A stretch of 64,000 nucleotides of DNA from Octopus sinensis (lineage: Eukaryota). Shown one piece after another: positions 23,257 through 35,944 of this stretch (positions are counted from its first letter, which is position 1; every line of letters begins with the position of its first letter). Both the position numbers and the translations under genes were made by a program. The notes under the pieces were generated by a model that worked only from the letters and a program-made list of their open reading frames with translations, was not told where the DNA came from and did not search any database. The stretch lies in contig NC_043001.1 in assembly GCF_006345805.1 (NCBI RefSeq), positions 40,114,001-40,178,000 of the forward strand, given 5' to 3'.

Positions 23257-25611
23257 TATAACAAACAAAATGAGGACACTAGTCCAAATATACCAGTGTA
23301 TAATTAAGTGATTTCATAAGTTTTTGTGCATTTCTTTTGCATTTTTTATACTAGCAAAAAAAAAACAAGAAAACAAGATCAAAACCTGTCTTAACTTTAA
23401 TAGCTTTAAAACTAATTAAAAAGGTAAGTGGAAATTAAATTTTTTTTAACTGAAACACATATCTACCATCTTTCATTTTAAGATCCACTTTTCCATAGTT
23501 GCATGGATAGGACAGAGTTTATTGAGGCAGATAGCTCAATGCCCTTCCTGTCACAAACCCTCACCTTCTTTACAAACAAGATACTATTTCCCCATGGCCA
23601 GATATGTCTTTATAGAATATTCTTTTCTACTCTAGGCACAAGGCTTGAAATTTTTTTTGGGGGGGGGGGCAGTTGATCAGATCAACCCCAGTACACAACT
23701 GGTACTTAGCAGTTTAAATATGAATCTAGTAATCACCCCAAAAGGATGAAAGGCAAAGTCAACCTCAGTGGAATTTGAACTCAGAATGTAAAAACAGACA
23801 CTAAGCATTTCACCTGGCGTGCTAACATTTCTGCCAGCTCAATTTTAGAAGCATCTCATATTATCAACAGTACAAATGCTTAAGGTAAATGAATTTTTTA
23901 CAGCTCACCAAACACTGACCATGTCAATATATCCAAAATAATTTCAAACTGCACTGTTTTTCAGGCAGTGGGATATCTTCAGAATACACTTTATTTTATC
24001 TTACCTAAAGTCCTAAAGTTCTTTAAAACTGTTTCTCTTATTCATATCATTCTAAATCATATATTCATTAGCTTAAGGTAGAAGAGCCAACCAAGTAAAT
24101 AGTTTTATTCTATCAAATGATTTATCTGCAATTTTTTACTTTCTTGGGATGCAAAACACATAAAAGTTTACAATGTCAGCTTCTTCCTTCATAGTATGAT
24201 AACAATTACAACCATTCCTGATATATTGTTTGCATTGAACAAATATTGAAGTGATTTTAGGAACTCTTCAAAGAAAGTTTGCACTCTTGATAAAGAAATT
24301 TACATCAGTGGTTGAAACTAGAGCTTACATGATTTTCTCAAAATAAAAAAAAATAACTACCTCCTATAAACCATACATTAAAATAAAAGTTGAATCAGTA
24401 TTTGATGCACTATCAAGAATGCCCTCAATGGCCTATAATAGTTGTATAAGGGACTAATTATGTATTTTGTGTCATTGTTTATTTTATCTGTATGTGCTGT
24501 TCACTTTTATGAACCAAACCTGTATTACTACAAAAAAATTTGCAGCATTTTCACTATCAAATAACATGGCTTCCAGAATTTACAAAAAAAAATGGAATTT
24601 TGCTGCATTTTACAGTAAGAAGATAAATGCAACCAATACTTTCCTGAACTCACTGATGAGAAACTGGATTTAGCATAAATTCCATTTAAATTATCAGATG
24701 TAAAAAAATTTTGATAAGATGAATTTCTGAAGTTTGAGAGCAACAGATATGTTTGATAAGAAATAAGTCATAGAATTTTGGCCATTTATATGTGATTCCT
24801 ACACAAAATTGGCAAAAAGAGTTAAATTGTTCATTGCTTACTATTTATGGTAACTCTGCTGCAAATGAAAATGAAGTAGATAGAAAGTTGAAAAACAACC
24901 TATTATTCAAGAATTGGTCACAGGAAAACAAATTGGTTTTTCATTGACTTCAATATTTATTAGAATAAAATAAATTGCAGTATCCTGACATTCTATAGAT
25001 TTTTGTTTTATTCTTGAATGACTTTAGCTAGTTAAGTAATTTGTTATGAATATACAAAAAAAAAAGTACTTGTATTCAACTTTTAAAATCCATCAACATT
25101 TTCTATTGCTAATAATTTTATAAAACTCTATTGTAAAAATAATCCAAGTAAATCTATATGTACAAATATAGAAATAAAAAAATTAATGTTCAACACTATA
25201 TGCATATTATTTGAAATGTACTTTTGGGCTCAAGCAACTTAGGAAAGATAGCAATGACAACTGCACAATGGTTGAGAAACATTGTCATAGCTTTACTCAC
25301 TTTAAACAAGCTCTGACAATTTACTGGTAGCCACCCTAATGCTAATCTTTGCATGCATTTTACATACATGCAAAAGTACAGCAATATTCTTTTTTACTCT
25401 AGGCCCGAAATTTTGGGGGAGAAAGCTAGTCGATTAGATCGACCCCAGTATGCAACTTAATTTATCGACCCCAAAAGGATGAAAGGCAAAGTTGACCTTG
25501 GCGGAATAAAAATACAACAATATTAGCATAACAATGATATCATAAGAAGTCTTAATTATAATTCAGAACACTGCAAACCATTTTAGAAAGAATAAAGTAA
25601 ATATCAGATAC

Positions 25612-25719
25612 CTTTATATACTGAAGATCAGAAGTTTCTAATTTTTTCTTAAAGGCTGGATCATCCTCCAAAACATTAACAATTTCATTTAAGTAACGGT
25701 CATAAGCAAGTCCTGTTTC
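25612..25719 (-). CDS. NUCB2: Nucleobindin exon 3 (108 nt)
   Basis: ETGLAYDRYLNEIVNVLEDDPAFKKKLETSDLQYIK aligns by eye to human NUCB2 [36 protein letters not shown]; ccag acceptor, AAG|GTATCT donor, phase 0/0. Confidence 0.96.
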
Positions 25720-27129
25720 CTGGTAACAGAAATTAAAAACAAAAACATTATATTCAATTGTTTGATCATCCAGGAGAGAAGCTAAAATCCTTTTCAAAAC
25801 AAACTTATACTTTCCCATAACATATTGCAGCAATTTGTCCAAATACTAACAATAATACTATTGCTACAAAAGTTGAATTTTTTTATTGTCACATCTAAGA
25901 GAGGACATCTCTAATATAGGAGAGATCCAGTAATTTTCATTTACTTTTTTTTAATAGCTTAGTGAAAGCCTCTATGGTTGGTGAGGTGGAGGAGGATATC
26001 AGACTGGATACCTGATCCAAATGTTTGCAATGGAGTAGACTTGACTCAAGATTGGCTTAACATGCCTTAATGGACACGTTAATCCAGTCAACAGATAAAG
26101 TCTACAACCCTAAGTTTGCTTTGAATTAAAAATGAAAAAGCTGGATAATATTGACAGGGTTCATCTGGAATTTGAAAAATTAGTGGTTAAATTAAAGAAA
26201 GAGTTATTCCAAAACAGAGCAATTCTTTGAATGAAGGGCGTCATGTAATGTTAAAATTGAAGACAGTTTTGCAAATGGAGTTGAGAGTGCAGCTAGCTAG
26301 CACTGAAAAGCTATTATAATAACAACATAGCTGCGTGTCACTACATTCACTCTGTGTTCATGTATACTGATTACTTACAAGTTTTATATTTATTACTACC
26401 AGCTAAGTAGAATATACTTTGCTAAAATGAGAAAACCTTCCTTAAATATAAATACACACTTATTGTAATCATTATTTGGGATGTCAATCTATTAAAGTTA
26501 AGTGTTGATGAATACTCATGCAGATTGCTGTTATTTGAAAAATGCTTTAGAAAAGTTTTAAAAGAGTTATCTCTCTTACAATCACTTCTTTATATATTGT
26601 GCTGCCTATATGAAAGGCATCTCAACCAACTTAAGCAACATAAAGGAGACAACCCAAAGGAGAAAAAAAAAACATTAAATAAGGTAGCAGTCATAAAATT
26701 AGTACAATTTACAAAAAAGCAAATATAATATACTAAACTGAAAGAGTTGACCTGATAAACCAAGATCATTTTAAAGAGTAAACTTAAAACATGAGATACA
26801 GTCAAAAACAAGGGGTAATCATTCAACAAGCTACAAAGGCAATATGATAAATAGAAAGGGGTAAGAGATCCAAAAAGGTCAATATCATGATACTTTTGTT
26901 GTAAATTCCAAATATATTCTTTCTTGACAACTGTAATCCCAAAATTGGTTTAGATCACAACTTGAAATACTTATATGTATCAGAATGGTTGCACAGACCA
27001 AAACCACTCCCTCCAAACATTCTTGTCTATCATAACATTTTTAAGGTCTCCTACTTATAACTCAACATCGCAAGAGAGTTAATTAATGCATGTCATTCTG
27101 AGTCATCTGACATCAGAATTCCCATGGCT

Positions 27130-27950
27130 TGAGATTCACAGAAGGAACTCATTCACTAACTCATCTTTGCTTCAATAGTAGTGACCAGCATATCTTAACC
27201 ACCACTCTCAAATGATTGATATGCTAGGAATATTTCTATAAAGCTCTCCTTCATTTGATATTGTTTCCATGATTTGTTGAGAACAGCATACAACATGTGC
27301 ATTGTTCCTATTGAGTTCATCTGCACAATGAGCATTAGTGATCTACCAGTCTGGACACCTCCTACTTCTTGCTTTCTGTAGAGTAAAACCAATGTTACTG
27401 TTAAAGATCAATAGATGTACACCAACTATAGTCTAGTACTATGATGAACAAGAAGGATGCAAGTGTATTGCCCAATAGTACTCCCACTTGAATTATCAAA
27501 AAAGTATCTGTATCACCAAACTAGAGGCAGCAAGTAAGGAAGAAAGGTTACAGAAATGGAGAGATCATTTCAAGAATTTCCTAGTGGGAGTCCCCATCAA
27601 CAATCTCCAGTTCAGAGATAAACTTCCTATCAAGAAAGGCCCATTCACTGAAGAGGAGTTGGAAGTAGTACAGAAGAGATTAAAGAACAGGAAAGTAGCT
27701 GGTCTGGAGAGGTGCTGCATAAAATTTGGAAGGCAAAAATCTTTAACAATCCTGCAATATGTATAACCAAAGCAGAATCCAGGTCTGCATTCTCCTGTTC
27801 CCTATGAAAGGAGACTTATCACTGACCACCAACTACAGAGGTATCACACTTATGGCTATTCCCTTTAAAATCTACAATGCAATGTTGCATAATTGAATTC
27901 AACCTGAAATTGAGAAAGTTCTTCATCTGAACCAGAACAGATTCACTAGT
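27130..27950. mobile_element. RTE-X-like LINE remnant with two oppositely oriented parts
   Basis: Plus 27490-27950: EERLQKWRDHFKN...PFTEEEL...NYRGITL...NQN. Minus 27200-27400: VLLY...MLYAVLNKSWKQ (post-RT region). Confidence 0.65.
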
Positions 27951-28780
27951 TGATAAACTTCACAAAGCTTTCTACAACAACCACTTAAGGTTGGACTCCA
28001 AATAGTCAACACTAAGTTTAATGGTCACTTCCTCTGTCTTATTAACATGATCAGCACTTGACCTATGCTTTTCATGCTGGTATGGATTGGATGTGTCTTT
28101 ACAGTTCAAGTCACCTCTTATCAGGAAGTATTGCTCACTTAAGTAGGTTAGAAGATGTTTCATTTGTACATTTCATCTGATTTAAATTCTACAGCTAGTC
28201 TCCTTTCCTATCACAAAGCATTTTACAGAGTATACGGGGTGCAGTTTCCCATGTCTCTAGTATGACGGTTACACTCTAAGAGTTGAGTCCTCACAAATCT
28301 AAAATGTATACTGCATGACTAAGATGAGAGAGAGAGAGTAAAAATGTAGAGATGAAGAGTGCAAGAGCATTTTATTACAATTAGAGTGTAAGGGTCATGG
28401 AAATGAAATTAATCAAATGTTACTGTAGCAAACTTCCTCTATTATACATACATACGAATATTGACAGCTAACAGCTAACCTTTGGGCACTCTTTTGGACC
28501 CCATTGTGTCTACCACTCTGATTGGTTGGTACTGGCGCAATTTGTCTCTTACTCTATTGCATGCCAATATGCAACCCAACCAACTAAATCAAATGAGAGT
28601 CTGTTCAAAACTTCATTTGAGTCTACTGTTAGCTATAAAAACTCACCTCCTCCTAGTTTCAGGGTCTGTTGGTTCCAGACCATCTAAGGTCTAACCACTT
28701 ACCACATTACGGCGACCTCCATCTTCGCTGCCACCATCATGTCTCTCACCAACGTTGTCAACATCTCTACATAGTACTGA

Positions 28781-29723
28781 CAACACTGCATTGGTTCTAA
28801 CATATTGCTGTTCATGAGCTACCTCACCATGGTTAATAGCAAACATACAAGCCACACAGATGCATGTAGAAATATGAATAAATGTTCAACCATTTCCATT
28901 TATCATTCAGCTTGTATATATACATGTGGCCAGCATTAAAGACATTTAAAGTTGCCACCTTGTTCCTGTCAAATGATATTACAGCCTTCTGAGTAGGGTC
29001 ACATTAGATGGAATACAACCTATCCAAGTAAAATGGTGACCCGATGCAGCACTACAATTCCTTCTATAATGCTGACCTAATGTGGAACACACATCTAAAA
29101 AGGAGACCCATCCGACGTAAGAAGACTCACCCGCCAACGAAAGAAGAGAGTCTGCCGATTTTTATCAATGATGCAACCGTTGTGGACCTTTTTCCTCCAT
29201 CTTTTCATATTGATTTACTGAGTTTTTACAGCCCCATGATGCCAACTCATTTCACCAGCTCCACTCTGGTTCATTTTACGGCACTGAACTGCACTTACAT
29301 TATAGTATCTCTCCTCGCTCCCTCTATCTCTGATGCACAGCTGCGGCTGGTTGAATTGCATCAGACACAGCAAGCGCTGCTGTAATTTCTACTCTTACTC
29401 AGCTGCCATCTCATCTCCTTCGAACTATCTTTACATGAAGTGACCATTGTCTGCCTTTTCACAGCACCAGCAATACTGCACTGGTTCTAACATATTGTTA
29501 TTCATGAGCAATAGTTAATAGCAAATATACAGCCCATGCAGATACATGTAGAAATATGAATAAATGTTCAACTATTTCCATTTATTATTCAGCTCGTATA
29601 TATATACAGGTGGCCAGCATTAAAGACATTTAAAGTTACCACCTTGTTCCATGTATTTCTTTATACCTTGTTCCTGTCAAATGATATTACAGCCTTCTAA
29701 GTAGATGGAATACAACCAATCCA
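28781..29723 (+). repeat. Local duplication of about 250 bp (28781-29026 and 29471-29723)
   Basis: Shared tggttctaacatattg...catgtagaaatatgaataaatgttcaac...gtggccagcattaaagacatttaaagtt...gtcaaatgatattacagccttct; small indels differ. Confidence 0.88.
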
Positions 29724-30039
29724 TCTAAAATACTAATGGCGGTGCCCAGCATGGTCACAGCCTCTGACTGAAATAATATATAAATATACTCATATACATG
29801 TGAAAATGCATGAGAACTTTATAAAATTGTCCAGTACATATAAATATAAAAATTTTCTAAGTCTGAATAGGAATTTCAATTACTTATTTATTTTCTATGC
29901 ATTTTGAGAAATGACCGCCTTGATTACTTTGTTTTTGTATTTAGTTTGCAAGATTCTTGATGTGAATTTGTGTGTTGAAACAAATCTTGTCTTGGGAGGA
30001 TCATTATGCCAATAATAACAAACACGCTGGTTCAATAAC

Positions 30040-30900
30040 ATTTCTTTATTGTTAGTTAATTGATTAAATAACTAATCAACCATTTGTTTAACGTGCTGGT
30101 TAAACAATCAAAGTTCAGAGAGCTCTTACCTCTGCTGGTGACAAAGGGCCACTCATTCAGAGTAAAAGGCAGACTGTATGATGCATGTGTACGAACAGTC
30201 ATGCTACATGGCAGTGAAACATGGGTTGTGGCTGCTGAGGACATGCGTAAGCTCGCAAGGAATGAAGCCAGCATGATCCGATGGATGTGTAATGTCAGTG
30301 TGCATACTCGACAGAGTGTAAGTACCATGAGAGAAAAGTTGGACCTAAGAAGTATCAGATGTGGTGTGCAAGAGAGACGATTGCGCTGGTATGGTCATGT
30401 GGCGAGAATGGATGAGGATAGCTGTGTGAAAAAGTGCCACACCTTTTGGTTGAGAGAACCTGTGTAAGAGGTAGACCCAGAAAGACCTGGTATGAGTGGT
30501 GAAGTACGACCTTCAAACATTAGGCCTCACTGAGGCAATGACTAGTGACCGAGACGTTTGGAAATATACTGTGCATGAAAAGACCTGGCAAGACAAGTGA
30601 GACCATAACCTGTGGCCTTTAACAGGGGTGTAGCCAGCCCACTTATGCATACCTTTCCTTCTTTGGACACAAAACTCTGCTTGCGAAGACTTGCTGAGGC
30701 AAGTGAAATTGAAATGGAACCAAATTCAACAACTGGCACCCATGCCAAACTTCCTTCATTGGACACTAAACTTTGCTTGCAAAGACCTGTTGGGGCAAGT
30801 GAAATCGAAATTGAACCAAATTCGATGACTGGCACCCCGTGCCAGTGGAGCACTAAAAGCTCCACCTGGTTGGGATCACTCCCAGAGCAGATGTCTGGCT
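30040..30900 (+). mobile_element. RTE-clade LINE, 3' part of ORF2 and 3'UTR
   Basis: KFRELLPLL...KGRLYDACVRTVMLHGSETW...RRLRWYGHVARM, the RTE post-RT motifs. Confidence 0.9.
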
Positions 30901-32029
30901 TCCATGCCAGTGGCACATAAAAAGCACCATTTGAGCATGATCGCTACCAGCATCACCTTACTGGCACTTGTGCCGGTGGCGCGTGAAAAAAACATTCGAG
31001 CGAGGTCGTTGCCAGTGCCGCTGGACCGACTCCTGTGCAGGTGGCACGTAAAATACACCATTTGAGCGTGACCGTTGCCAGTACCGCCTAACTGGCCCTC
31101 ATGCTGGTAGCACATAAAAGCACCCACTACACTCTCAGAGTGGTTGGCGTTAGGAAGGGCATCCGGCTGCAGAAACTCTGCCAGATCAGATTGGAGCCTG
31201 GTGCAACCATCTGGTTCACCAGTCCTCAGTCAAATTGTTCAACCCATACTAGCATGGAAAGTGGACGTTAAATGATGATGATATATATATATATATATGG
31301 CACATAAAAAGCACCATCCGAACGTGGCCGATGCCAGCCCCACCTCGACTGGCTTCTGTGCCGGTGGCACATAAAAAGCGCCATCCGAACGTGGCCGATG
31401 CCAGACCCCTCTGGTACCTGTGCAGGTGGCACGTAAAAAGCACCCACTACACTCGCGGAGTGGTTGGCGTTAGGAAGGGCATCCAGCTGTAGAAACACTG
31501 CCAGATCAGACTGGAGCCTGGAGCAGCCCCTGGCTCCCCAGACCCCGGTCGAACCGTCCAACCCGTGCTAGTGCGGAAAACGGACGTTAAACGATGATGA
31601 TGATTAAACGATGATGATATACAATATGAAGTACATAATTTGGTACTTTTTGCTTATCTCACCCCACTAAAATATTGAGTTTATGTAGTGACAAGAGATT
31701 GAATTAAAAGGGTTAGATCTTTTTGATTCAATACTTCAATACATTGTTGACTTTTGGCCTCCTCAATAGGCATACTCTTTATTCTTTTACTTGTTCCAGT
31801 CATTTAACTGTGGCCATGCTGGAGCACCACCTTTAGTCGAACAAATCGACCCCAGGACATTCTTTGTAAGCCTAGTACTTATTCTATCGGTCTCTTTTGC
31901 TGAACAGCTAAGTTACGGGGACGTAAGCAAACCAGTATCGGTTGTCAACAACTGGCACCCATGGGGGGGGGACAAACACAGACACAAACATATACACACA
32001 CACACACATTTATATATATATATATATAT

Positions 32030-32181
32030 CACTTTGACAGACCAGTCCGTCAGGCGTCCATTTGACACCGCTGGTCACAGCACGCTGTCCACTCCTCTCT
32101 GGATCGCGCCTTTCTCATCCACATGATCCCAATCGTCCTCTTGAAATCGTCATTCCACCGTCGTGGAGGTCTTCCGGGTGG

Positions 32182-32182
<1 letters not shown>
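32030..32182 (-). mobile_element. Short 3' end of an RTE-like LINE
   Basis: PGRPPRRWNDDFKRTIGIMWMRKARSREEW...*, CpG-rich, flanked by (TA)n. Confidence 0.7.
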
Positions 32183-32221
<39 letters not shown>

Positions 32222-33059
32222 GACGGGCTTCTTTCAGTTTCCGTCTACCAAATCCACTCACAAGGTTTTGGTCGGCCCAGGCTATAGTAGAAGACACTTG
32301 CCCAAGGTGCCACGCAGTGGAACTATGTGATGATTTGTTATAAAAATGTTATTAGATTCAATAAGATGTTTAATTTTTTTCAGTTTTGTATGATTTATTA
32401 TTAAAATATTATCAGATTCAATAAGACGTTTAATCTTTTTGATTTTCATGTTTATTAATTTTTTTGTTTTTTCTTTTTGTTTTATTGAGGGTTAAACAAT
32501 TTTTTTAGTTGGGGAGATAACCCAATTTTTTCAATAGGAGTGAGATAACCAAAAAGTACCCATGATTTTTTTTTCAGTATTCTAAAACGTTAACATTATC
32601 AAACTCGCCGATGGCTGCTAAATATGCAAATATCGAGTAAGAATATGCAAAAAAATCGAGTAAGAATAGTAAGAGGAAGGTTTTAACTACAACTACTACT
32701 ACCCCAACTATTAGTTACTATAGTAACCATCTCTACCGTTGTCGACTTCGTCACAGGTCAATCCTAAGGAGACTTGCGACCAGACATTCCAGATATGACG
32801 ATCGCGTCTTTTTTTCAATATATCTAGGACCGCATCCTTCCTTCTTGAATACGCTAGGGTGTGTGTTGATATAGATTTGGTTGCTATTTTTAGCAGATCA
32901 AGCAAGCCATTTTGGTTTGACCTTCCGTCAGACCGGCTTCATATAGAGAGCGGCCTGTGAAGACTGAAAAGGTAGATAAACTGCCCTGTTAAATAAAAAT
33001 TAAGTTTTTTTTTTAAACTGTCCAGTACCATAGCGAAGAAAGAATTATGAAGGGCGCAA

Positions 33060-34220
33060 AACTTTGCATTATATGAAGGGAAGGGGACGGGTATTAATCA
33101 GTTTGAGAACTACTGAGGAGTGAATGATTTACATTAGAAAGATAATAGCAACGCTATAACAACATAGTAGTAGGAGAAACAGAGGAAGCGACAGCACAGC
33201 GGCTGAACTACATTAGCAGTGAGTAATGTAGGAATGGAGATTATATTGAGAGGAGGAAGAGATAAATTATTTGGGCAAGAGAAGGGAAGATCTACAGTTG
33301 CAGACTGCTCAAATAGTTAAGACAAGTGGCAAGAGGGGGGGGGGAAGCAGAAACATATAACTAGATCTGACTAAGAGAAAGCGTCGTAACATACTTAATA
33401 AAGAAAAACGGAAGAAGATGACAGAGTTAAAACAGACTTATGGCAGAAGCAAGCTAAAAAAGGCAAAAATTTTAATAGTTTAGAAACAGTGATTTCAGTT
33501 AAATTGGAGAGTGGATAAAGATAGGAAAGTTACAAAGTATGGGTGTAAACGCGGCTAGAGAAATAACTACATAAGTGAAATAGAAAGTAAACACACCTAA
33601 GTAAATCGGAGGAGTGTGTAAATATACGTCACTAAATTGAAGAGTTGAGTAAAGATAAAGACAAGGATAGAGTATTAAAACTAGAAAACTACATATTAGA
33701 TTGGATATAAGGAAGAATAAATAATGCAAGACACCATGTCAGAGGGACAGAAGAGAAATGTAGAGATCAAAGCGATATGAGGTATGAGTAAATGTAGAGA
33801 ATAGACAGCTAGATGAGGAGAGGTGTAAGATAAGATAGAATATTGGTAAAGAGGAGCTAGTGGCGGAGAAAAAAATGAGTAAATGTAAACCTAGTCACAC
33901 AAATGAAGAAGTATTAAAAGAAATCTATAGCAAGAGTAGAGAGGAGTACGAATTGAGAAATGTATAGCTAAATAATTGACAAGAGTAAACGATTGATAAC
34001 CACAATCTTTACATAGCTACACTGAAAGGGTGAATATTTGGGCAGCTGTATGTGGAGAGAGAGAGTATCAAGATGTATGAGTAAATAAAGTGAGTCACTG
34101 AAGCAACGTAGTGGTTGAGAGTTAAGAGTAAATAAAGGTGGAAAGATAGATGGGAAGGAAATAAAGAACATAGTAAAAAGAAAACCAAAGAAATACTGGA
34201 ATGTTATCACCCTCAAGACA
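33060..34220 (-). mobile_element. Old LINE-like fragment (strong purine skew on plus)
   Basis: Composition resembles the CR1/L2-like fragments elsewhere in the window; no diagnostic motif confidently read. Confidence 0.35.
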
Positions 34221-34677
34221 TAATTCAGACTTTCGTCCTTTCAATAAACTCAGCCACTTACTTGGTATGCATTAAAATCTATTTATTGCCACATAAAATT
34301 AATGCAAAGAATTTACTTTTCTAGTATCTGATTTGCTTTACTTTTTTCCATTTTCTTTTTTAATCATTCAAATGAACTCTGGAATATAAATACTAAATGT
34401 TTTTTTTTGTTTCTTTTTAATATTTGCTTAATTAATTTTAGTTTTCTCATTAAACTCAAAATTCCATACTAAAAATACATTAGTTTTCACCTCAGCACAG
34501 GCCAAATTCTGTAGGGAAAAGAAACAGCCAACAAAATTAATATCCCAGAATGTTATTTTATTGCCCCCAGAAATCAGATTGCAAGGCAATTTATTCAGAT
34601 CACCACTTCTGCCAACTCACAACCCTTTTTAACCAATATTGGAGCTGCAAATTTTGGGCAATGATCAACAGCTACTA

Positions 34678-35944
34678 TTAGGTCATCCCATAAGTTCTGT
34701 CCAAATTTTGAATAAAGAAAACAAGTGACCAAATGTTATATTTAATTAACATTTAATCATCAATGTACTTTCCCTCATTATCTATGACTTCCTTCCATCT
34801 ATTTACAAGCTTTTTAATCCCATCAATGTAAAACTCTTTTGGTTTCAAAACAAAGATTTCTGAAATGTCAGTTTCGACCTCCTCCTGGCTTGCGAAAGCT
34901 ATGTCCCCCAAATGATTCTGTAAACTATAAAACAAATAGTTGTCTGAAGGAGCAAAGTTGGGAGAATAAGGTGAACGAGGAATTTTTCCCAACCAAGCTC
35001 TTCAATCTTCTGTGATGTGATCTTTGCAGTGTGGGGTCATGCATTGTCCTGATGAAACATCACTCCTTTTCAATTTACTGATGTGGGTCTTTTTTTCTTC
35101 AAAACTTGGTTCAAATGCTCTGATTGCTGACAGTAGACTTGAGCATTGATTGTTGCATTAGGTGGTAACAATTCAAAGTGAATTACTCCTTTGCAATCCC
35201 ACCAGATAGAGAGAGAAGAACCTTTTCCCATGAAGTTCCCTTCTCGGTTATGGTTGAGCCTTTTCCTTTTACCAAGCCACGGTTTACGACATTTAAAATT
35301 TGATAGAAGATCCATTTTTCATCACCAGTCACAAGTCTGTCCAAAAAGGGTGAAATTAGTTCACGAGAATGGAGAGAAGAGCAGAATTTGCCGTTGCTTA
35401 TGGACAATTCATGAGGCACCCATTTTCCAAGTTTAGGAACCTTTCCAAGTTGTTGAAGACGACAATGAACAGTTGTTTTGTTTGAACTAAGCTTTATTGC
35501 CAATTCTTCAACTGATAATGCAGGATTTTCTTCAAGTAATGCTTCAAGGAGCTTTTCAAACTCAACTGGGTATCCTGTTTAATCTTCATCTTCAAGGCTG
35601 AAGTCACCACTTTTGAATTTTGCAAACCATCTGCAAGTTCTTTCATTCAAGCATTCTTTCCCATAAACTAGTGTATGTTTCAAGCCGCTTTGGCTGCAGA
35701 GTTTCCTTTTTGGTACTCATAAAGCATTATGTGCCTCAAATGCTCTTTGGATACTTCCATGTTAGAAAGGGTTTTAATCAAAGAAATTTTAATTCTATTA
35801 TTCTGTAAAATAATATTTAATTAGTTTAAATGTACACAAATGCATAAAAATAATTTTTAATTCCATTAGACATTCTAAATTACTATTAGATTTCATTCGA
35901 TTTTTAAAAAGGTAACATCGGACAGAACTTATGGGATGACCTGA
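34678..35944 (-). mobile_element. Full-length decayed mariner (Tc1/mariner, D34D), 1267 bp
   Basis: 25-bp TIRs ttaggtcatcccataagttctgtcc / ggacagaacttatgggatgacctga (1 mismatch), TA on both sides. Transposase motifs GKWVPHEL, LVTGDEKW, HQDNA, PYSPNFAPSD, broken by frameshifts and stops. Confidence 0.95.
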
